This document shows, one piece after another, positions 23,670 through 35,500 of a stretch of 64,000 bases of DNA; within the stretch, counting starts at the first letter, position 1; each line of letters starts with the position of its first letter. The stretch covers positions 6,758,001 to 6,822,000 of the forward strand of contig NC_043003.1 in assembly GCF_006345805.1 (NCBI RefSeq), read 5' to 3'. Origin of the DNA: Octopus sinensis (Eukaryota). The notes beneath the pieces were generated by a model that had not been told where the DNA came from, ran no database searches, and saw only the letters and a list, made by a program, of their open reading frames with translations. The translations under genes and the position numbers were made by a program.

Positions 23670-26600
23670 GTAAGTAGTAGTAGTAGTAGAAATTCTAATT
23701 GTTGTAGTAGTAGTAATTCCAGTTCTCTTCAGATTATTCTGTTCAAATGTTCCGTTCTTTTAACAGTTGCATGCGATTTAAAAGAAATGTAGTTGCTATT
23801 TCTAGCAGGATGAACGATCGCATAGAGATTCGCTCGTTAGCTGCGAGTTGTGTTTTGTAATTGTTACTGTTGGTGTAGTGGTACTACTTGAGAACAGTGG
23901 TCCCAGTGCGCGCACTCGCGTAGTCGCGCATCCGTGATCGCTAGTCGTAACTAGTCGATCCTACAACGACTACCTAGAAAAGTAAATAAAACACAAAAAC
24001 ACAAAGTAAATAATTTTGGCGATCCTTCGGTATAGGTACCGTAAGTGGCTTTGTTTACATTTCTGAAGATAACAGAAACTCTTTTCTCCCACCCCTAACC
24101 CTAACACAAACCCTAACCCCCCATATATAGAAGAAGAAAAACCTCACTTTCTTGAAATGTATCCAGTACGTATACCGAAGTTACGCCATAATTTTTGTTA
24201 AACAAAGTAAATAACACCAAAACATAAAGTAAGGATCGACTAGTCATGACTAGCTAATCGGATGCGCGAGTGCGCGCACCTGGACCACTGTTCTCAAGTA
24301 GTACCGGCGTAGTTACACATTTAACCATCGTAAATGCTTCAAAAGCAAAAGATATGCCCCACAAAAATAGGTTCAATATTAATATTTATTCCTAGAAACA
24401 AATATCTTGGAATGTTGACCGTGATCACAGTATTTGCTGAGTCATAGTTTGTCTGGAATAGAATTTATATTTTGTGTTTGTTTTACTAAAAATTGTCTTT
24501 TCTTTATCTTTTATATTATATGTGTGTGTTGTGTTTTTATTATCTCATCAGCTGACACAATTGTTAACAAGTCGAACAGAATGCTTTGCGACTTTTTTTC
24601 CGTCTCTTAACGTCTGAGTTCGAATACTGCCACGGTCAACTTTGCTTTTCACCCTTTCAGGTTTGATAAAATAAAGGTATTAGTCGAATAATGCAGTCAA
24701 TGCAACTAAGTTGCCCCCTCCCCTCATGAATTAACGACCTTGTTCCAAAATTAAAAAAGTATTATTAACTACACAGATATTGTAAAAACTCGAACATAAA
24801 CTAAATATAAAGAAAATATTACTCTTTTACTTGTTTCAGTCATTTGACTGCGGCCATGCTGGAGCACCGCCTTTAGTCGAGCAAATCGACCCCGGGACTT
24901 ATTCTTTGTAAGCCCAGTACTTATTCTATCGGTCTCTTTTGCCGAACCGCTAAGTGACGGGGACGTAAACACACCAGCATCGGTTGTCAAGCAATGCTAG
25001 GGGGACAAAGACAGACACACAAACACACACACATATATATATACATATATACGACAGGCTTCTTTCAGTTTCCGTCTACCAAATCCACTCACAAGGCATT
25101 GGTCGGCCCGGTGCTATAGCAGAAGACACTTGCCCAAGATGCCATGCAGTGGGACTGAACCTGGAACCATGTGGTTGGTTAGCAAGCTACTTACCACACA
25201 GCCACTCCTGCGAAAGCTGAACATTCAACACAAACTGATCGCGATAAAAAACAAAACACGTACAATGTAGCAACACAGAATGTAACTCAGACACACTAGA
25301 CATTTATCTACTTGGACCAAATATCTCTATATACATCAGCACGTGACTGTCATTAGCTTAATGTCACCACAGGATTAAATAGAATAAGAGAAAATCATTT
25401 TTTTCTCTCATCATCATCATCATCGTTTAACATCCGCTTTCCATGCTAGCATGGGTTGGACGATTTGACTGAGGACTGGCAAACCAGATGTCTGCACCAG
25501 GCTCCAATCTTGATCTGGCAGAGTTTCTACAGCTGGATGCACTTCCTAACGCCAACCACTCTGAGAGCTTTACATGCCACCAGCATGAGGGCCAGTCAGG
25601 CGCTACTGGCACTCGTATGGTGCTCTTTGCACCCCGCTAGCACGGATGCCAGTCACCGAATTTGATTTTGATTTCACTTACCTCAACAGGTCTTCGCAAG
25701 CAGAGTTTAGTGTCCAAGGAAGGAAAAGGTACGCATAAGTGGGTTGGTTACGCTCCTGGCATAGGCCACGGGTTATGGTCTCATTTAGCTTGCCGGGTCT
25801 TCTCAAGCACGGCATATTTCCAAAAGTCTCGGTCACTAGTCATTTTCCTTGGTGAGGCCTAAAGTTCAAAGGTTGTGCTTCACCACTTCATCCCAGGTCT
25901 ACCTCTTCCACAGGTTCCCTCAACCGCTAGAGTGTGGCACTTTTTCACACTGCTATCCTCATCCTATATAAATTGATATATATTAATTCTGATAATTTTA
26001 ATATTTAGTCCTATATGTACCTATCGTTGTTCAATGATGATTGAGTTGCTTGAGGGTGATTCTGTCTCTTAAACCTATCTGTATATATGTATATAATACA
26101 GTGAGTTATTCATTTTATTACCACTAAATTGAACTTCTCTCCCCCGTGGACTCAGAAATAACTTCCTTAATATTAATATATAATATATATATATACATCA
26201 TCATCATCATTTAATGTATGCTTTCCATGCTAGCATGGGTTGGATGTTTTGACTGAGGACTGGCGAACCAGATGGCTGCACCAGGCTCCAATCTGATCTG
26301 GCAGAGTTCCTACAGCTGGATGCCCTTCCTAATGCCAACCACACCAAGAGTGTAGTGGGTGCTTTTACGTCCCACCAGCACGGGGTCAGTCAGGCGGCAC
26401 TAAACATGCTAGCAACCCATGCTAGCATGGAAAGCGGACGTTAAACGATGATGATATATACATTATATCATCATTAAAATATAATGTGATATAATATATA
26501 CATTATATCACCGTTAAAATATAATGTTTGCTAGATAACCCACGTAGGTGGAAGGGGAGAGCAGGGAATCTTCGCTTGCACATTTTGAATTTGTTGGTAC

Positions 26601-29523
26601 TGGCAGTCTGAACGGGTCATCTGAGGTGATAAGTCGCCAAAGGGTATGTTCTTTCTTTTTAGTGCTTCCAAATCCAAAATAAGAAATGTTGAGCTGACGA
26701 AAGAAATGCTGAGTTTATTTGGCTAATCTAGAAACGTTAACGTTCTCAAATAATCTTTGTACTTGTGATATTTTTCTGTTTTTACCTCCATACCTTCGTG
26801 AGTTATTTTGAGTAAACATTATCTGAGAGAAATTTTCTTTAAGTAGTGGAAATGGCAAAAAAACTTTTTTTGGCTGCTATTTCTAGCAAGTTCAGTATGT
26901 GGCAAAGTAATTTATTTTACTAAGCCCTAATTATATAATGTAATATTTTGAATTCGCCTTAAATGGTCCTTTTACATACTGAATACTTGGTGAAATTGAT
27001 TAATAACTAATTAATTTTACCCTCAATTGTTGATATATATATATAATATATATGTATAGAGGACTTAAATCCTAAGGGTATCAAGGGGTTAAATAAATAC
27101 ATTCACCTCTTATACTCCTGACTTTTTATTATAAAAATAATGTATGTATTGCTAAATTTTGGAAGTGTCATAATTCATAAAACTTATAAACATGATTACC
27201 GGTTGTTGCTTGTCTATATTTCACTTCACAGTTGATGTTTGTGTCCCAAAATACTTTTTGCTATATTTATGTGTAGCTTTCTCAATTGGTATATATTTGT
27301 TTTGTTTTTCCCCCCTTTGGTTTTCTGTTTATTAATTGATTTATACCATACTTACTGTTTTATCACCCCCTTCTCACCTGTCTTCTTCCCTCCCACTCTC
27401 TCTTTCTCCTTCTTCTCCATACTATTTTCTCCTTCTCCACAGGTATTGTGTTTGGATCTCAGTTCAGAAATGGAACGGATGAAATTTCTTTCACGAGCTG
27501 GGTAAGTCGAAAGGTATTTCTCTATTTCATGACACTTCAATAACAAAGATTAGTGATACTCTCCAATGACACAGACTTACGACACAAGCTTAGCGACACT
27601 ACAATAGCACTAATTAATGCAAGTGTTTAATCTTTTAGCATTTAAAGCAGCCACGACCAGGGTCCAAATATTCTTTTTGTGTCTTGTTCAAACCAACCAG
27701 ATCCGGCCTCTCAAACCTACCCAGCAGTGTCATTCTAAAAGTAAACAGTCTTATTGTCGAAATCTCAAAGCTACAAGATAAATGCATGAATTATTCGAAA
27801 CAATGGGAATAAATAAGTTTTACATTTGACAGAGCAATCTGAAGGCTAAAGGGTTAACGGCCTGCTCAGTGAGAAAAGTAGGACGGGGTAATGCAAGGAT
27901 CAACGATGACTGTCTTAGGTGGGGGCGGGTATGTAGCTACCCCAGTATTTAGAGAAAGAGAACAAGCAGAAATCAATATTCTGGTAAGTGAGTCAATCCC
28001 TTTTTAGAGAAAATGCTGTTACCATAGTGATGGCTACTCCATTTCATTACTGAATCATTCATGGACTTTAATTACTGAGATGGACTCATCTGCTGAGCTA
28101 ACCTCCTTTACTCCCTTACCAAAGTACTGACATGATGGACACTATCATCTCTTTTTCTTTAGTCCCAGGTGGAGGAAAAGAGACAACGGTTGAAGTAATT
28201 CACACATTTTGCTTGCAATATCTTCATATTCTAGTCTCATATTTAGCAGAAAAGCATAAATTTTACATGTTACTTTTATTGTGCTCATTAAAGAAACAAG
28301 ACCAAATGCATAATTACATAATTGTGATCATCATCGTTTAGCATCTGCTTTCCATGCTAGCATGGGTTGGACAATTTTGACTGTGGGCTGGCGAGCCAGA
28401 TGGCCGCACCAAGCTCCAATCTTGATCTGGCAGAGTTTCTACCGCTGGATGCCCTTCCTAATGCCAACCACTCCGAGAGTGTAGTGGGTGCTTTTTACGT
28501 GCCACTGGCACGGGGCCAGTCAGGCGGTACTGGCAATGACCTTGCTCGAATTTTTTTACACATGCCACCGGCACAAGTGCCAGTAAGGCAACGTTGGTAA
28601 AGATCACGCTAGGATGGTGCCCTTAACCAATTTACTAATCAGTTGTTTGATTAATCATTCAGTCAACCAATCAATCAGCTAGGTTTATCAAAGTCCTTTT
28701 GTTGCCATTTGTGATCCCATCAATTACATATCCACTCTACTTCACATCTGCTTTAATTTTATAACCTTTTTACCCAAATCATCAAATTACCTTTTTTATA
28801 TCCTTCCAAGCCTTATTACTTTGATTTGAAGGGTGTAGAGAGTAAATTAACAGATGTTATTCCCAGAAATGTAGCATAAAAGAAGGCAAAGTTCATTTAT
28901 AAACTACACTCATTTCACTCTGTTAAATGGTTAAAGATAGGACACTCAACTGTAGACCCCCCAACAACAACAAAAAAAAAAACGTAGAACCAAGACTTGG
29001 TCCCCTAAGGAGGACAATAACTTTGAATAAATATTATCAGACTGTGGCAAACGGTGCCAGCATGGACAGCAGAGATAAAATGACGACAGCAATGGCAGTG
29101 GTGGCCATGCTGATGACAACATATTTCATTTGACAATTTCATGTTGATTGATCGATCAGTTTTGAAGTTTTTTTTGAAGATCTTAAAACTCTTTTAATAT
29201 TTCAGAGATCGCTTTTCTACTCTCCAACTGGTCAAAAGAACAATTGGTTTATTTGTCCAAAGTAAACACAGACTGGACAACCATCATCGGTTTGCTTTCG
29301 TCACACTCCATGATACCGCCACCTGGGTATGTCACCTTGCTTATTAATATGTGTGTGTGTTTGTGTGCATGTTTTACTATGTAACAGTGCTGTCTGGGTA
29401 GGCTATATTGTATGTGTGTGTGTGTGTGTGTCCTACAACACCGTTCACTGCTACCTGAGCAGGTCACTTTCCATTGAAGATGTTGCACCCAAAATATAAC
29501 CTGATGAAAAGTCATTTGAAAGT

Positions 29524-29563
<40 letters not shown>

Positions 29564-32500
29564 CACCTTACTATTAAAATGTATTATTTTTCAGTAATAA
29601 AGACTATATGTATATATATAGATGAATAAATAAATAAATGGAGTTGAACGAAGATGTTAATAAAATTCCTTTACTTTCGATATATGTTTCAAAGACAGCA
29701 TGGTTTTATTCCAAAGGAATAAACGGTGTAAGATGCAATCTTCTCATCAGGAAAGAAAGAGAACCTATCTCAACAACAAGACATTATAACAATTAAGAAC
29801 ATTCTGTTTATCATGTGGGCAGCCATCGTAAATGTTATAATGTCTTGTTGTTGAGAGAGGCTCCATTTATTTATTTATTCATCTGTAACACACACAAATT
29901 ACTGCACATTAACCCGGAGTTTCTACCTTTGGATAGGTCGCTTCAACCGAGTTTCTGACGTGAATTTGCTACCCTGGTAACGGTTCATTGAATTTTCCAT
30001 GTTAACGGTAAACATAGGATAATTCATTCACCCATCGATATATATATATATATATATACACACATTAATGTGATAAAAATGGCTGAACTGTTACTGTGTT
30101 AAACCACAATTGAATAATTGTAAGAAATTTTTTGCATGAAACCATTGGTATTGACCTAACAGCACTCATATATATATATGCTACATAGCAGTGAAACATG
30201 GGCTGTGATAGCCGAGGACATGCATAGGCTTGAGAGAAATGGCACGTAAGAAAAACATCATTTGAGCGTGGCCGTTGCCAGTTACCGCCTGACTGGCCCA
30301 CATGCTGGTGGCACGTAAAAGCACCCACTACACTCTCAGAGTGGTTGGCATTAGGAAGGGCATCAAGCTGTAGAAACTCTGCCAGATCAAGATTGGAGCC
30401 TGGTGCAGCCATTTAGGTCGCCTGTCCTCAGTCAAAATCGTCCAACCCATGCTAGCATGGAAAGCGGACGTTAAACGATGATGATGATGATGGTTGTTGT
30501 TGTCTAGCCTTAGTCCAAGGCATTTCGTATATGATCTGACCTTTTTCTATATTTAGGATTCCAAGTCTCCATCCTTTTTGAGGCTGGTAGGTTGTAATTT
30601 GATGTAGATTAAGCTGTTATTTCTAGCAATTCAAGTGACCTATGTAGAGCAGACTTGACAATCCTTTCCAAGGAGTGGATTGCATAGGACATAGCTCATC
30701 ATCAGGTGAGCTGCATTACTAAAAACACAACCAAGGTAATTTTCCATTAGGTGTGCCATTTAGAATGTCCCATGGGCCACATGTGGTTCATGACTGATGT
30801 GGATTTTTCCTTTTGGGGTCAGATTAACTGTATGTGAGACAATGTTGCCATCTGGACTTGTAGATTCTCAAATGTCCAGTCTAGAAAGGTTATGATTCCT
30901 ACAGCTGTTCAATCTAAACAGGTTGTGTTTCCTGAAGTGAGTCCATGGCTCGCAGGACGGCCTGCTGTGCTAACCTTGGATCGTAGAGTGACCCGCTGTT
31001 CTTGACAAGACCTATTGAGTCAAGTACATCAACATCAACATCAAAATAAAAATCAAATGGAAATTGTAGTTAAGATACCCATGCCGGTGACACGTAAAAA
31101 GCACAGTCTGAACGTGGCAGATGCCAGCGCCGCCTGACTGGTATCCATGTTGGTGACACATAAAAGCACCAACCAATCGTGGCTGTTTGCTAGCCTCCTC
31201 TGGCCCCTGTGCCAGTGGAACATAAAAAGAACCCACTGCACTCACGGAATGGTTGGCATTAGGAAGGGCATCCAGCTGTAGAAACACTGCCAGATCAGAC
31301 TGGAGCCTGGTGCAGCCTCCATGGCTTACCAGACCCCGGTTGAACCATCCAACCCATGCTAGCATGGAAAACGGACGTTAAATGATGATGATGAGGAGGA
31401 GGATGTCTTCTATGGCTGTCCAGTCTATACAGGGAATGTTTCCTACGGCTGTCCATTCTGGGCTTGTATTTTTTTTCTTTTTTTGCAGACCATACTATAC
31501 TTTTATCCAACTCTGCTATGTGATCCCGACTTTGATTTTTGATAACAGATTTACTGGATCAGGGCTAAGCTCGTGGTTAAACACTACTTCAACCACCCCT
31601 TCTCAAACACTGCATTAAAAAAACAAATATTTATTTTAGGGATGCCATCTCTTCAACCATTTCTTTTTTTCTCATCTATTTTAGTACCACAGTTTTACTA
31701 ATGACCCCAGGGAAATTTCAAATTTGTTGGAAAATTTGGATGAAACTTACAAGTGTTCCAATCTTGATGTTGGGTCTGTGCTGAAGACTATGTAAGTATT
31801 AGTCAGATCCATATCTTTCTGCCATATTCTATCAATACTTTCATCAGGTTGTAACTCTAAACATCTTAATAGAAACATTTTTTTTTTTTTACAAGGCTTT
31901 ATTTTTATCTATTGCTTTATTATGAAGAAGAGAGTTAGTTTAGAGAGAATTAGAGGAGATTCCGTTGGTTTTGTGCCAGGCAGAAGCACCACTGATGCTA
32001 TATTTCTGGTAAGACAGCTGCAAGAGAAATACCTAGCCAAAGACAAACCTCTGTATTCGGCTTTTGTTGACATGGAGAAAGCCTTTGAAAGTGATGCTAC
32101 AGCTATGAAGTCTTGCATGAATTAATTTCAACTCTTCTTATTAATAACTGCATTGTTTCTTCCCAGGCAAGCTTACATCTGACTATTGAAAGAAGACATC
32201 AAAACTAACTGGTAGCGACTTCTCTTGAAAATCGACATTTGGCATTGTGGTGTTATCAAGTCCTTGTAGAAAAAGGGTTTAGCTCTCAAGGATGTCCCTG
32301 CTGCTATGGTTGCTACATTAGGGGATGGTGCTGCAACTTTGTCAACAGTGCAAAAGTGGGGACCTAAATTTAGGAGGGGAAGGGAGAGACCTGAAAATGA
32401 CCCAAGGTCTGAACTAGCACCACTGAGAAAAACATTGATCATATTCACCACATGATGACAGGTATTTGACTATCAATAAAAAAAACAACAAAAAAAAACT

Positions 32501-35500
32501 ATGCTATTAGAATATCCCATGAGAGAGTTGAGAATATTCTGCACTATCAACTTGGCATTATGAAGGTTTCTGCTTGGTGGGTATATCTTCTGACACCTGA
32601 TCAAAAGTCCATCAGGCTGGTCACATCATGGGAAAATTTGACATTGAAGCAGATCCAGCTGGTTTCTTTGAATGTTCCCTGACCCAGGATGAGTGTTGTC
32701 TTCATCACTTTGAGCCAAAGACTAAGAGACAATCTATGTGGTGGAAATTCTCCTCCTCCCCCAAAGAAGGCCAAGGTCATTTCGTCTGCAGGGAAGGTGA
32801 CAGCCTCAGTTTTGGGGATGCAAAAAGCATTGTGTTTCTTGGCTATCTTCAAAAGGGTCACACCGTTAATGGATTGTATTATGCCAACTTACTGAAGCAG
32901 TTGCAAAAGGCTGTCAAGACCAAATGCCCCAGGAAAACTGATAAAAGGGGATCTTCTTTCATCAGAAGTCCTTACTTTCAATGGCTGTTGTGCACAACTG
33001 TCATCATCATCATCATCGTCGTCTAACGTCCGCTTTCCATGCTAGCATGGGTTGGACGGTTCAACTGGGGTCTGGGAAGCCCGAAGGCTGCACCAGGCCA
33101 GTCAGATCTAGCGGTGTTTCTACAGCTGGATGCCCTTCCTAATGCCAACCACTCCGTGAGTGTAGTGGGTGCTTTTTATGTACCCCCGACACAGGTGCCA
33201 GACGAGGCTGGCGAACGGCCACGCTCGGATGGTGTTTTTTATGTGCCACCGGCACAGAGGCCAGGCGAGGCTGGCATGGCCACGTTCGGATGGTGTTTTT
33301 TACGTGCCACTGGCACGGCCACGATCGGATGGTGTTTGTTACGTGCCACCAGCACGGAGGCCAGTCGATGCAGTGCTGGCTACGGCCACATTCGGATGGT
33401 TCTCTTATGTGCCAACTGTGGCCTTGAATTAGTTGATCACTCTCCCTCGTCTCCTGATTTGGCTCCATCCGACTATCACCTGTTCCCCAGTATGACAGCA
33501 TGAAAAAAACTTGGCTGGGAGTCAGTGTTGCAGTGATAATGTCGTATTTGTTGTTGATAACTTTTTTCTGACCAACAAAATGTAAGCTTCTTCACCACTG
33601 GAATCAGTGGGGACCACATGGGAGAGTGAACAGTTGAAAAATAAACCTCATTTGGTCACATTCCCTGCAAGTGTCTATGTCGGTTTTTACGTGCCGCCGA
33701 CACGGAAGCCAGTCAAGGCGGCGCTGGCGTTAACCTCCTCTCCTGCCATCATTGACACTCTTTTATTGTTGTTGTTCTTTTTCCTCACTTTAATCTTTTG
33801 CTTGTTTGTCATCTCCATTTCAGCCTTCGCAACTGTGAACTTCCCATCATGGAAGACCCGACTTTGCCTCCTCCCTATATTGTTAGGATCATCCTTATCT
33901 TTGGCCGATCCCAGAGTAAACTGGATATCTGTGAAGAGGTAAAGATTTCAAACTACTCACACTCTCGTTTCATGCAAGTGCACCATGCATATTTCCAAAT
34001 ACATATTCACCTACATAAAAACATACATGTTCACCCACATGTCTTTACATGAATGGGAAACAATTGGATAGTTTTCTTTTATTGGAGGGATGTAGCCAGT
34101 CCACTTATGCATACCTTTCCTTCTTGGGACACAAAACTCTACTTGCGAAGACCTGTTGAGGCAAGTGAAATCAATCAAAATCAATGGAAATTGTAGTTGT
34201 GATACCAGTGCCAGTGGCATGTAAAAGAACCATCCAAACGTGGCCGTTGCCAGCGCCAGCTCAACTGGCCTCCATGCTGGTGGCACGTAAAAAGCACCAA
34301 CTGATCGTGGCCGTTGCCAGCCTCGCCTGGCACCTGTGTCGGTGGCACGTAAAAAGCACCCACTACACTCACGGAGTGGTTGGCGTTAGGAAGGGCATCC
34401 AGCTGTAGAAACACTGCCAGATCAGACTGGGCCTGGTGCAGCCTCCTGGCTTCCCAGACCCCGGTCGAACTGTCCAACCGATGCCAGCATGGAAAGCGGA
34501 CGTTAAACGATGATGATGTGATGATGTTCCCGCTTAGAAGAAGAGCTTCTCTGTATGTAGGGTTTTCCCTGAGAGAAGCTTGGGCACGTCCACTCGGTAG
34601 GGTTGCTGATTCAAAAAAGGCAGATATTAGCGGAACACTTTCAGTTTGCTGTTCTCTGCGCATGTGCATGAGGGAACTTCTGGTGGCCTACCAGAAGTAA
34701 CCCAACTCTGCGCATTCGCGCTGAAAACTTCCAAAAATAGCTTCACTACACTGTGTAAAACTCACCTAAGTTGCTTCTCTCTCTTCATTGCCACCATGAC
34801 TCCAAAGTCGTCCTGATAGGATAGAATATATAATTATATCTGTCTGCTCTGTCTCAGTGACTCTAACATTAATTGGATATTTGAAATAATATGTAGTGTA
34901 CAGCTGTTTCAGATCAGACAACCAGATGTTGAATGCGTGACACTTGCCAAATAATTACAACTTTGACATATATTAGATGTATGGGGGTGTAGTTAAGAAG
35001 TTTGTTTAACAACTGTGATTTCAGGTTCCATCTTAATGACTGGTCATACCTTCCACTGTAGTATCAGAATGACCAATGCTTTGTGAGGGAAATTTGGTTG
35101 ATGGAAACTGTTGGGAAGCCCATCATGTGTATATGTATGTATTTCTTTACTACCCACAAGAGGCTAAACACAGAAGGGGACAGACAAGGACAGACAAGCG
35201 GATTAAGTGGATTATATCGACCCCAGTGCGTAACTGGTACTTAATTTATTGACCCCGAAAGGATGAGAGGCAAAGTCGACCTCGGCGGAATTTGAACTCA
35301 GAACATAACGGCAGACAAAATACCGCTAAGCATTTTGCCCGGCGTGCTAACGTCTCTGCCAGCTCGTGTGTATATGTATGTGTGTGTGTGTGTTTTACCA
35401 TCATCAGCATCTTTTAATGTCCACTTTTCCATGCTTGCATGGGTCAGATGGAATCTGTTGAGGCAGATTATCGACAGTTGGATGTTCTTCCAACCCTCCC

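Noticed and set aside
26694-26745. CTGACGA...GAAACGTT hammerhead-like core
   Set aside because: Stems I and II do not pair.
29502-29525. CTGATGA-AAAGTCATTT-GAAA hammerhead-like core
   Set aside because: No valid stem III/UH site or stem I.
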